NCBI GenBank assembly: GCA_963693365.1
Contig: CAVNZM010000003.1
Span: forward strand, 4,411,106-4,475,105
Direction: 5' to 3'
DNA length: 64,000 nt
DNA from: Amoebidium appalachense
Taxonomy: Eukaryota; Protista; Ichthyosporea
How positions within the stretch are numbered: the stretch's first letter is position 1; every line of letters starts with the position of its first letter. Below the pieces are notes generated by a model that was not told where the DNA came from, searched no databases, and saw only the letters and a program-made list of their open reading frames with translations. Both the position numbers and the translations under genes were made by a program. Positions 39,685-64,000 of the stretch are shown here, in pieces.

Positions 39685-41210
39685 GAATGCGTCATAAAGT
39701 ACGAAGTACACATAAACAACGGACAACACGATGCAGAGTGCAAGCCATACATAAAGAGTATGCATAATAAGCAGAGCCCATCCTCAGGGGGGGCCCACGT
39801 CATCCGGGGGGGGGGGGGGGGGGGGGGGGGGGGAGGGGAGGGGGGGGGGAGAGAGAGAGGGAAGGAGGGAGACAGGGGGGGGAAATAGTGAGGGCAAGAG
39901 CGGGAGAAGTAGAGGCGGTGACAGAGATGAAAATGTGGTGTCAGCTGTAGGCCGTTGGGTCGAGGAAGCGGGGAGGGGAGGGGGGGGAATAGGAGGGGAA
40001 TGCAGCTTGAGAGAACAGGGCTCACATATCCCCCCCCCCCCCCCCCCCCCCCCCTCCCTCACCCTCCCGCTCCCCCCCCCCCCTCCCCCCCAACCCCCTC
40101 CCCCCGGGCAAAAAAAAACAAAAAAAAATACCAACAATTTTGGAGTTACACTACACAACGGTAAACGTGCATTCTTTGAGGAGACTTGGGGGATGGTTTT
40201 CAAATAAAAATTGGGGGTGCGCAGCCGATCAAGATCGACCAAATAACCTAATTGATCCAATCGGTCAATCGAGGTCGGAAGGTCCGAAAATTCAACTTTC
40301 AATATAAACCCCATGTCATTTGTGAGAGAATGAGCGCAGAAACCGGGAGAGAAAATGAAATTTTGATTAAAAAGCGGGGGTTTGTTAGTTAGGATTTGTG
40401 TATGTCTACCAGTGAAAAAATCTGGTTCGAGCTGCCCGTTATCGCTTAGCGTAAGCATATATGGAGGGGGTAGAAATCAATTTTTCCAAGGGCTGACACA
40501 TCAACATCCATTATGTAATTACCCCCCACTTTATTAGTAGGATTTTTTTTCAGGGCAAGTTTCTGCGCTCATTCTCTCACAAATGACATGGGGTTTATAT
40601 TGAAAGTTGAATTTTCGGACCTTCCGGGCTCGATTGACCGACTGGATCAATTATGGAATTTGGTCGATCTTGATCGGCCGCGCACCCCCAATTTTTATTT
40701 GAAAACCATCCCCCAAGTCTCCTTAAACCAACCACAACATCTCCCATTTTAGACAAAATCGAGGTTGATCCGATCGAGGATTCCACATTGCGCTGGCGCC
40801 GCCTAAGAAATTATCGAACTTATCAAGCGATCGAGGGAGTGACATCATTCTGGGAAAAGTGTGCCCAGAATGACGTCACTCCCTCGATCACTTGATAAGT
40901 TCGATAATTTCTTAGGCGGCGCCAGGGCTATTTGGAATCCTCGATCGGATCAACCTCGATATTGTCTAAAATGGGAGATGTGGTGGGTGGTTTAAGGCGG
41001 CTAAACAAATACACGGAAAGTACATCAGCAGCAGAAAGATCATTCTCCCGGTTTATAGATTTTTAAACTCCTTTTCTGCTCTTTAATATCTTTTAATTTT
41101 CTCTCTCTAAATCTCCGTGTGTGTGTATGCTCGTGCGCACGCACCCGCTCTTGTCTGTTGGTGGCTGGAGGGGGAGGGGGTGGCGGGGGTGGGGGGAGTG
41201 GGGGTGGTGT

Positions 41211-41265
<55 letters not shown>

Positions 41266-41402
41266 GGAGGGGCATACACTACTAAGTACAAGGGTACATT
41301 GCAAACCCATTGCAGATTCAGGAAGGTTGTGAAACATTCATAACCAGAGTAACGGATAACTGTTAAATTAGCTTGATTCTGTCTCTCTGACTCGTCCCCC
41401 TT

Positions 41403-41449
<47 letters not shown>

Positions 41450-41535
41450 ACACCCCCTCTCCTTCCCTCCCTCTCTCTCCTGTCCCCTCTTCCTCGCCCT
41501 CCTTCCCTCACCCTCCCAACCTTATCGCCCCCCCC

Positions 41536-41602
<67 letters not shown>

Positions 41603-41657
41603 CGTGTGTGTGTGTGCGTGATAGTCAGGTGGTGGTGGTGGTGGTGGTGGTGGTGGT

Positions 41658-41689
<32 letters not shown>

Positions 41690-42513
41690 TGTGTGTGTTG
41701 AGGGGGGGGGGGGGGGGGGGGGAGAGGGGGGGAGTTACACACCCACAAGCTCCAGCTCATAAGTGAGGGTGGAGTTTGGGGGGATGGTTTCGATCCCATC
41801 AGCCCCGTATGCATAGTCGGGGTGACACACGACTAGAGCTAGCTCCCCTGCATGCGATTCGATTAAGATCGATTAGGCAGGGTTCGATTGATTTTATAAG
41901 ACGAAATTTGTTGTGACATCGATAACAGCCCCCCCCTCCCTCCCCCTCCCCTCCCTTCGCCCCACCATCCCCCTCTTCCCCTCCCCTAACGCACACCAAC
42001 ACACACACACACACACACGCGCACACGCACACGCACACGCACACACACACGCACACGCACCCACCCACCCACCAACCCACCCAACCAACACCCACCCACA
42101 CCCACACACGCCAACGCCGACCGACCACCACCACCAGCAGCAGGCACACACATCCACTTCTTCTCCAAAACAATTCTCCTTTTTTTATCCTGCCAAGGAC
42201 TCTTGCACAAACACACACATGCTGCCGACCCTCAAGAAGCAATTTTTGCAATAGATAACAACACAAACAAATTAACATTTGTATTAAAAAGCAATATAAC
42301 ATAGGTATTAAAGCAAAGACAGAACAAATAGTCTAAGACACAACACCAACTAGGGGGCAACCGCCTCAATGCATCTTCCTTGCCCTGCCCCCCTCCCCCC
42401 CCCCCCCCCCCCCCCCAACACACACACACACACACACAGCCCTCCCCCCTCCCCGCAGTGGATGCACCCTCTTCTCTCTCCGATTGCCAAGTTACCTGTC
42501 TCCTTCTCCACTC

Positions 42514-42553
<40 letters not shown>

Positions 42554-43478
42554 CCCCCCCCCCCCAAAAAAAAAAAAAAAAAAAGGGGGGGGGGGGGGGA
42601 AGGAAAATAGGTGGGTGGGGATCCAATAAGCAGCAATAACACATACGGAAAACAAACCTTTTTTCATCGTGGATACCGCCTTGCTCCACCCTTTGATGAT
42701 CTGCAGCCAACCAAAATCAGCAATAAAACAGTTGGTACTTTTAAAAACAAACCCTTGTCAGAATTCTTAAGTGTCTTTTCATGTGTCATGCAGGAAACAA
42801 ACATACACCGTTCCCGTTGTTGTAGGTATGATAGAAAACACGCAATAAGTGAGGGGTGGATGGTGTGGACGAGGGCAAGGGGAGGGAGAGAAGGGAGTTA
42901 GGGAGGTAAGGGGGGGGGGGGGGGGGGGGGGGGGGTGGGGTGTGTGTGTGTGTGTGTGTGTGGGGGGGGGGGGGTGGAGGAAGTAGATGGCGAGGGAGAG
43001 GGGAGTAGGTAGAGCAAGAGGGGGGGCCGGGGTGGAGGGAGAGGAGAGGTAGGTAGAGCAAGAGGGGGGCGGGGTGGAGAAGAAGGAGGGGGAGGCACCC
43101 AAGGGGGGGAGGGGGGGAGAAGAGGGAGGGCCAAAGCAAGGGTAAGCCTAGAAGCTGCCCTGTGAAAGGATTTACAGTATGTGTACTCCAGCCCATAAAT
43201 CTAATCCATCGAGTAACATCATCACACAAATAAGAAGTGTTCACAAAAAAAAAAATACTTGCCCTTCCCCCCCCCCCCCCCCCCCCCCCCCTCCCCTTCC
43301 CCCCATCTCTCCACCCCTTCCCCCACCTCTCCTTGTACCCCCCCACATCCCACCACTGCCCGGCACACAAAGCCTACACCCACACACACACACAAAAAAG
43401 CACACATGCACGCATGCACACACGATGATATATATATATATAGCACCGCACACACGCACACACGCACGTACACACACA

Positions 43479-43529
<51 letters not shown>

Positions 43530-43873
43530 AAAAAAACACTCATCCACGCACACAAGGGCAAAACAAAACAAGCAAACAAACAAACATCAATTTATCCCAT
43601 TACAAATCATGGGACGACAAGCAGGGCAAAATCCGGTAAATTTGCCACTCACCCTCTTGCTGCCGACAGAGAACTCAAACGGCATTTTCCGTTTTCTCGT
43701 GTTTCCAAATTCCGTCCCGTCTGCCAATGTGCCCACATCTGCAGGCCATCCAGCCACCCAATCAGCCTGACTATGCACAAAAGCATCTCTTTGCCAACCC
43801 TTCCTCCCCTTCCCCCTACCCCCCTCTCCCCCCCCCCCCCCAAAAAAAGCAAAAAAACTTCAATGTTACGAAG

Positions 43874-43926
<53 letters not shown>

Positions 43927-44062
43927 GCAGAGTGCAAGGTGGCGGAGGGAGGGGGGGGATGCGGTACACAGAAAAAAGGATGTTCCACACACCGAGTGCA
44001 GTATGTTTAGTGGTATTGCCAGAAAGAAATCCCAAAAGAACATAAACCGAGTTCATACTTGA

Positions 44063-44095
<33 letters not shown>

Positions 44096-44441
44096 TCCTG
44101 CACACTCCCCATCTCCCTCCAAGCCCCTCCCCCCTCCCCCCTCCCCCCAATTTCAAAACAGATAGAACGGGAGGGAGGGGGAGGGGAAAGAATTGTAAGC
44201 ACGCAAAAGAAAGGGAAAAAAACCACAAGAAATGTGAACGGGGAGCGATGTGTGAGCTGACAGGAGTGCTGCTGGTGGTGGAATAGTGGTTTTCGGCAGA
44301 GGCAGAAGGGATGGGGGAGGGGGGGGGTCAAACGTGTTCGTGAAAGAGTTACGTGACTGCTGTGGGAGTGTGTTGTGTGTGCGTGTGTGCGTGTGTTCGT
44401 GTGTCCACAGATATGGCACGTGATCCTGTGTGAGTTTGGCG

Positions 44442-44529
<88 letters not shown>

Positions 44530-44684
44530 ATCACGTGTGTGTGTGTGTGTGTGTGCGCGTCCATTGTCTGTTTGTGTGCGTTTGTGTGCATGTTAGGGTA
44601 TTCAATATGTGCGTGCGTGTGCGTGCGTGCGTGCATGCAAGCGCGCGCGTGTATGTTTGTGTGCGCCGCATGCGCGCGCGGGTG

Positions 44685-44760
<76 letters not shown>

Positions 44761-44798
44761 CCTCCCTCCCTCCCTCCCTCCCTCCCTCCCCCCTCCCC

Positions 44799-44857
<59 letters not shown>

Positions 44858-45345
44858 CATTTGCACCCGTGTGCATGAACCTCTCTGTCCGTGTTTGTGT
44901 AATTGGTTGGATCTCACAAGTTTGTAGTGTGTAAAAATAAAAATGTCCAGTATTTCATGCGGTGATCATGAAGAAGGGGTGGAGAGGGGAGAAGGATGGT
45001 GGCAGTGGCGGTGGGGGTGGGAGAGGGGTGAGGGGGTGGGGGAGGTGGGCAGAGGGCCGGGGGAAGGGGGGAGGGGTGCGGGGGAGGAGGGGGGGGAGGA
45101 GACTCACAGTGAACGGCGACAACCTGCCCAAGGAACGGACTGTGCTCCCCCGTGCCCTCCCTCAGCACTTTCTTTACCACCTTCCCATCACCAGTAACAT
45201 CCTCCACTCGGAGCACTTTCTTGAATTCATGTTCTTGGCTCTGCGTCTCATCCACTGCAGATTCACTGGTAGACACAACCTTTTCGGTGGTTGTTGGCAC
45301 ACTGAGAGAGTTTTCACCCTTCTTTTTGCTCTTTGTTTCTGACAT
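36981..45345 (-). CDS. FKBP-type peptidyl-prolyl isomerase with one transmembrane segment and a Gly/Glu-rich tail (~359 aa); extreme C-terminus interrupted by TRIM copy 2
   Basis: Exons 45345-45108, 43738-43653, 42700-42658, 41847-41743, 39542-38956 + 37001-36981 (1080 nt). FKBP motifs: DVTGDGKVVKKVLREGTG..VAVHYVGTLADGTEF..PFEFSVG..IIKGW..MKKGE..PDYAYG..IPPNSTLTYELELV, then hydrophobic LPWLVLLLSCLCVFIVGM. The structure of the low-complexity tail is less certain. Confidence 0.85.
37007..38955 (-). mobile_element. Tandem-array TRIM copy 2 (three LTRs), same family, opposite orientation
   Basis: LTRs 37007-37475, 37781-38186, 38492-38955; 5-bp TSD ACAAT (37002-37006, 38956-38960); same PBS and PPT on the minus strand; two ~305-bp internal segments. 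Confidence 0.95.
37086..37200 (-). repeat. 13-bp minisatellite (ATGGAGTTCAGTC)n inside the TRIM LTR
   Basis: About 8 full units here, and about 3, 2, 3, 3 and 7 units in the other five LTRs. Confidence 0.9.
39681..39805 (-). repeat. ~125-nt dispersed intronic repeat (reference copy), flanked by poly-C/G runs
   Basis: Near-identical copy at 55380-55504, partial copy at 54549-54634, degenerate copies near 1760-1835, 2530-2590, 18965-19250, 21925-22045, 27300-27570, 28460-28640, 57500-57610, 60340-60440. Confidence 0.85.
40180..40722. mobile_element. MITE / non-autonomous TIR element, Kolobok-like (GG...CC ends, TTAA target)
   Basis: ~165-bp imperfect inverted arms (40180-40343 and 40559-40722) around a ~215-bp spacer, flanked by TTGA (left) and TTAA (right). 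Confidence 0.75.
40727..40991. mobile_element. Foldback MITE (near-perfect hairpin) flanked by TTAA
   Basis: ~128-bp inverted arms with a ~9-nt loop centred near 40859; TTAA at 40723-40726 and 40992-40995. Confidence 0.75.
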
Positions 45346-47173
45346 GGCTATTATGAGAGTGGGCAAAAGGTGGAAAACGTTGGAATAGTGCTTGGAAATG
45401 GGCTTTGAGCTGTCAAAAAAAAAAGAGAGAAAACGTTCCCCCAAAAAACTGAGCTGGTCAACAGTTGAAGTGGACTGATCAAAGATATGAAGTTGCGAAA
45501 AAACGGCATGTTGCTTACGTGATTCTGGGAAGCAATAAGCGAATAAATGACCTTAATTAAAAAGTAGCCAAAATAAGTGTCACACGTCGTATCGTTGAAT
45601 TGGCATTTACCATTATAGTAATTGTCTTTACTACTGTTTTCTAACTTTAATAATTTTCACATTAGAACAAAACTATAAAAAAGTCTAACTCATTTTTTCC
45701 CCTCTTACTCGTTCTGTCATACGTGCACCAGGGGAAGATGATTCACTGAAGTGCAATACTGATTGAATTTTAGGTCAACCAATAGGATTCGTTCCTGGCG
45801 ACCGTATTTTACCGCTAGGCAGCTAGGTCGGCTTAGCCTGCAGCATGAGAAACAGGGCCCCTCGGGGCCCCTCGGGCCCTCGGAGGGTTGGGGGGGGGGG
45901 GGGGGGGGGGGGGAGGGGGAGGGGGGGAGTAGGGGGGTTGAGCTGGCCAAAGGCCCAATTACTGAGGGGAGGGGAGAGGAGGGGGAGGGGGGGGGGGAGG
46001 GGGGGGGGAAGGAGAGGGGGGGGGGGGGGGGAGGGGGGAGGGGGGAGAGGAGGGGGTGGGAGCTGCTGTTCCGCGAGTGGTCAGGTGCCCACCCCTGGCT
46101 AACAGTACCGTACTTCCAATCCACCGAACATGCATGCCGATACAGACCCAAAACGAAGTCGGAATGGTTACCAACTGAAGTCTTTGTCGTGAACGTGGCG
46201 AATCATACCTCACCAAACACATCAGGCAGCCCGAAATCACGAGGCCCCTCTCGATCTGGCAGATCCAGTTTGAATGTCTGTCCAGTGCAGAACAACGTGC
46301 AAAAACCAACACATAAAGCAACAGGAGCAGTTTACGACCCACCCGGGGGAAGAGAGAGAAGGAGGGGGGGGGGGCTGGGGGCTGCATGGTCGGACACTGG
46401 AAAAAAATTCATGCTCCACAACATCAAAGGGTGGCCAGTGAAAGCTTTTGTACAAATGCAGCACACAGGCCGTTCTTCATGCTGAGGTTTTATCACTCAA
46501 TGGCACAGTTGCGCTGAATCTATGCATGTCTCATCCTTTCTAGTCCTCCAGAATAGCATTTAAAATCCAACCCCCCCCCCCCCCTCCCCCCCTCCCTCCC
46601 CCCCCCCCCCCCGCCTACCCACCCATCCACGAGTCTCTCTCGCGTTGCCTAATGAAGATACAATCCATCCTCCACCAATGCCGATAATACAAGAAGAAAC
46701 TCTCCCACGTATTTTTCATTTTTCCAACTAACGCATGCACAGCCGTCAGAGCTGTCCAGAAAGTCCAAAAGGTGGGTCAACACTACGGTGAACTGTACCC
46801 TCTGGCCATAAAAAGCCAAGTTTACGGGAGTCTGCTAAAAACATACAGAACGTCAACCTGTTCCTTCATGCTGTATTTACCATAGACGGGACCAGTCCTA
46901 GGTTCAACTAAACGTATGTAACTGAGAGAGATGATGCTGTGTGTAATGGCATCTTGAGTAAAGACTCGTGATAAGCAGGTTTTGTACAAGTGCAACGCCG
47001 GCACGCGCTAAGAGCTAAATGAATGTCAAACCCCGTGCAAGTCTTGTATGTGTGTAAGTGCGAGTGTTTTGTGTGTGTGATTATTCGCCTACTGGAAAGC
47101 AGCCATTAAACATAACCGAAATACTAAAAACGGAGAAAAAACACGGAAACGCAGTGAGAAAACTACCGATCAC

Positions 47174-47953
47174 TTAACCCTTTCCCTCCTCTACCTCCAC
47201 CTGCAGTCGTTGCCTCTCCTCCTTGTACTCTGGTTCAATATGTGCCTTGGACATGACCGGTGTCGCTGAACCATGCACTTCCTGGACGTGCTTGTTAAGA
47301 AGATGGAACCTCTGAAACGCTTGTGTGCACCCTTCATGAGTGCATGAATACATGTTACGCTTTGGTGTTACTGGGACCGATCCTGCCCCGTTGCTTCCGA
47401 GTGTGGATGTGCTCATGGAGTGGAAGGAACGAGGCGAAGACGCTGGGCTATCCATCGGCCCACCCATTCGTGCGGGGATGTTTTTGAATAGCAGTGCCTC
47501 TTCGCTAAGTAAGTATCCCTCCTGCGGTGACTTGTCGTTGTTATCAAAGTGGGGCATCGATCTGCTCTTTTTCAAAGGCCCGGACTTGTCTTCTGGAGAG
47601 CCCGCCTTTGAACCGAAGGATTTGCTTTTGGAAAGTGTAGGGGAGTCGGGGGCTTTGAGATGTGTGTTGTCAATCCCTATTGCCTTTGCCCTTAGCCGCG
47701 TGAGTGTCGAATACCAAGAAGACCTTTCTTCTCTCTCAGCTGTGAGGTCTCCTTCGCTTGATGGGAGCTTCTTCTTCCTAGATAACGTGCGCTTAAAATG
47801 CTGGAACATGTTCTCCTTGGAGTCATTCTGGCTTTTTTTAGAAGGTGATTTGCGCAACCTCAAGGTTCCCTCTCCCGTGTCCGATGCGTCTGACTGCATG
47901 TTCCAGCTTGGATCATCTTCGAGGTCGATCCCCGGTTTACCTCGTAGAGTCAT
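47174..47953 (-). CDS. Ser/Lys-rich, largely disordered protein with one C2H2 zinc finger (single long exon; further exons possible)
   Basis: 259-aa high-complexity ORF with YSCTHEGCTQAFQRFHLLNKHVQEVH (C-x4-C-x12-H-x4-H), and CCAAT boxes upstream (~48575-48685). A possible acceptor just upstream and a possible donor at the 3' end leave both ends uncertain. Confidence 0.75.
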   Translation of the reverse strand: MTLRGKPGIDLEDDPSWNMQSDASDTGEGTLRLRKSPSKKSQNDSKENMFQHFKRTLSRKKKLPSSEGDLTAEREERSSWYSTLTRLRAKAIGIDNTHLKAPDSPTLSKSKSFGSKAGSPEDKSGPLKKSRSMPHFDNNDKSPQEGYLLSEEALLFKNIPARMGGPMDSPASSPRSFHSMSTSTLGSNGAGSVPVTPKRNMYSCTHEGCTQAFQRFHLLNKHVQEVHGSATPVMSKAHIEPEYKEERQRLQVEVEEGKG

Positions 47954-50623
47954 ATTCGATGCCCGTGGCTATATGCCCTGCTATACTATTAAAAGAAGAA
48001 ATAAGCATATATATGCAGTGCCTTCGTGGCTCGTTTCTCGAGGAAGGGCCGAAAGGCCGAAGATGTGCTGCCGTCGTGCTTGTGTGTTTGTCTTTGTATG
48101 TGCAAAAGAATTTACTAAATAATTTCCAAATAAATCAGAGAAAGAAGAACCGTAAACGTATTTCTATATGTTATCATCTAATCCTTAACACATTCACAGG
48201 TGATGTTTTACGTGTACAGAGTACAGTCGGTCCGTTGCTGTGTGCAGTGCTCGGTGTGGAAAGAAACAGAGTGGTTGGTGCGAGCCTGGGTTTGAAATCC
48301 GGATACAAGATTATCCTCCAGTGGGAATTGGGAAATTTATTAACCACGGTAGGGATCGCTGCTATTGTTTCCGTGAGAACAAAACATTTAGGGAATAAAT
48401 AATTTTATTTTTTTTAAAAAATTACTATGAAGTCACTAACGATTGTATACTGATTGAAATGAGCAACGGTAGAACCAGTCAGTGAAGCGCAACAAACAAC
48501 GACGCCTGGTACATATCTTGTGCGTGGATATACTTGACTTCATTGCAAGCCTGGAAATGAACCATAAGTTTCGACCAATCAGCTGTCGCGTGCGACCGAC
48601 ATGGGTGCGTAGTTCACCAATTAAAGCAGCGAACGCCCGTGGTCTTATGGCAATATGCTCACGACCATCCAGGCGATTGATTGGTGTGAGGTCCTTGGGG
48701 GCTCGTCTGGACCGTCACAACAATCTCCGATCGTTAAAGGCAGTAAATACTATATGTACAATAACAATCTTTTTTCTTATAGAACTTAAAAAAATAATAG
48801 TTGTAGTAGTTGTTATTGTTCTGGGTCTAATTAGATACATATTCGGGACCCCTATTCTCGGACAATAAAAGAAGCACCACGAACCGGCATACGCAGGCAC
48901 GCCGGGCGGCACGGTCTCAAAACTCTTAAAGGATTGGTTAAGGATCATTAGACTATAAGTCTCGGATCATGCAACGTAGCTCCGGCCAGCCAACCGTCGA
49001 TTGGCGACCCCCGAAGGGCCGCAGCCTACAGGCACGTCTTTTTTTCAGAGGGCCGTGCTACAGGGTGCTGGGGCTGTGTGCCTTGCCTCGTGCGTGTGCA
49101 TCGCATGCATGTGAATGCAGCACATACAGTATACCCAGACACAGACAACACTGTGAACGCACAACACTGCACACATGTGCAGGCACACACGTGCAGGCAC
49201 ACACACACACACACACGCACACGCACACGCACACACGCACACGCGCGCGCACACAACGTTGTGTGGCACTGCACACACATGTGTAGACACACGCGGTACA
49301 CATACGCACACACACACACACGCACGCACATGTACACGTGCGCACGCGTACGCACGTGCACACAGAGTGAGCACACACAAAGCGCACAAGCACCTGACCC
49401 ATAAATTTGAGCCCACATCATACACAAAACATACAGACTGGTACTAATATCACACACACACACGTGTACACACACACACACACACACTTCACACACACAC
49501 ACACACAATTCATGTATATCGACATATGCAGTAGACATGGCTTGCAATTGAGAAAAACCACCACAATAGAGAACATGATCATGAGTGCAATTCCAAGCCA
49601 TGCATATGTACATCTACTACATACAATGCCATGTCACAATACATGTACAGTCCGTGGGCATGTAGCCCAGAATGAGGCCGGCAACTGATCACGAGAATAC
49701 ACCACGATAATAATGAGAGAACAAAGTGTATCCACAATAAATGCCCAGGTTCTTATTATTAAGTTTCCTTTTCACTACAGTGGTGCCGCCATGTGTATGC
49801 GTCAAAAATGCAAAATATGCATGGAACCTGCTGGAAGAGACTCTCCAAGTATTTTATTTGTCTACTATGCCGCATATACAGTTACTGTACTGGTCGATCC
49901 AGGAACAGTGATTCCTGATGATGTGATGTGCAGTGCTCTCAGCCTGATTATGTCCGTACAACCCCATGATATCATTCTATCCCGCAAAGTAAAGCCCTCT
50001 AGACCTGAGTCACTTAGGTATATGCTAATATATGATGTATAATTAGCTTCCATACCGATGATGATATGTGGTCCTTGCCTTCGTAATTGTCAACTCTTTG
50101 AACATTAGATAACATAGAAATTCGAAAATCCAAGAAAGTGTGATGCAGTCTGAATTCCTATATTCGCACAACGGTTAGTCAAGCAGTTACGAAATCTACT
50201 GCCCATACTCCAGAACCCTACCAACAAAACAGAACATTTCAGTGGTTCACGAATTTTCCTGATAGAGACATGCACACCAAACTCTGTGCACTCAGTCTAC
50301 TACAGACTTGAATAAAAATGCCCCCCAAAAACACGCAACTACTCATGCAAATCTATAAAATGAATGCTGATCGTCACAACCATAGAAGTTCACCACTGAA
50401 TTGATGAACGAGACAACCGTGTGAATTTAGTCTGCCCCATTTAGGGATCTTCTTTCCTTGCTAAACTACATAAAGTGCCTCTTTCCTTTTCAAATCAAAC
50501 AAGAAACGGGAAAATAAAAAAAAACCGTTCTTTATTTCTTCCCAGACAAGATAAACATCCTCTACATTTGTTCCATAATCAATATAAAAAAAAACAAAAA
50601 AAAACACAGAATTTCTTGTTAGA

Positions 50624-63518
<12,895 letters not shown>

Positions 63519-63869
63519 TCTCTCTGCAAAGCTATGCTTTTCCAGCTTTTCGGGTTTAGTTATTCCTTCCTCTTTCTCGGACACACGCTGTATGAGCACT
63601 GAGCGCACGTTTACGCTGTGTATGTACGCTTTTTTTTTTTTGTTGACTGTGTACATACGAGTGTGTGCACGTCAAGGCCTCCTAAATAGCACACCGGGCC
63701 GAGGCACGCAATAGACTAATACTCCAGATTACGTGTAAAGAGTAGGGTGATCGAAAACTGAAATCTTACATGCCCCTCCGGGGTCTCCTACATCAGACTA
63801 TTTTTAGTGCAAAACTTGTGCAAACATTACGCTAAACTACCAGACGCAATCATCACTGCCTATCACTGC

Positions 63870-63998
63870 CTAAGTCGCACACAACGCACCCAGTGCGTCG
63901 TCGTTCAAAAACGAGAAAACGTCGAAGTCCTCCTCCTCGAGCACAGCCTCCACGTCGTCGCTGGCGCTGGGGCCGTCGTCCGCGGCGTGCGCCGCCAA
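63870..63998 (-). CDS. 3' end of an unidentified gene (acidic C-terminus), partial
   Basis: GC3-rich open frame LAAHAADDGPSASDDVEAVLEEEDFDVFSFLNDDALGALCAT* entering from the right edge. Confidence 0.55.
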   Translation of the reverse strand: MAAHAADDGPSASDDVEAVLEEEDFDVFSFLNDDALGALCAT

Positions 63999-64000
63999 TA

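Noticed and set aside
48940-48950. AAGGATCATTA resembling the 18S rRNA 3' end
   Set aside because: No flanking rRNA similarity; chance match.

Overview
Eukaryotic, intron-rich genomic DNA. A unicellular opisthokont/holozoan-like lineage is an inference from gene content and intron style only. Introns are packed with poly-G/poly-C runs and (CA)/(GT)/(GA) microsatellites, so nearly all ORF-track entries are low-complexity artefacts. Reading splice sites by hand gives six genes plus the 3' end of a seventh: a BBOX1/TMLHE-family dioxygenase (-, runs off the left edge), a 199-aa CCCH plus novel Cys-repeat protein (+), an E2F (+) with a U12 AT-AC intron and E2F/CCAAT promoter sites, a membrane-anchored FKBP (-), a C2H2-finger protein (-), PRMT3 (-, 13 exons, intronic tRNA-Glu) and an acidic C-terminus at the right edge. 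Mobile DNA: a tRNA-headed SINE, two truncated LINEs, two TTAA-flanked foldback MITEs, a ~125-nt repeat oriented with transcription in introns, and two three-LTR copia-type TRIMs. Both TRIMs sit in sense orientation inside terminal coding exons, and one cuts the Rb-binding domain off E2F. The LTR carries a donor/acceptor pair whose use would leave exactly 60 nt (55 nt of LTR, stop-free in all three frames, plus the 5-bp TSD). This makes it a candidate splice-rescued, intron-like LTR element (untested inference).
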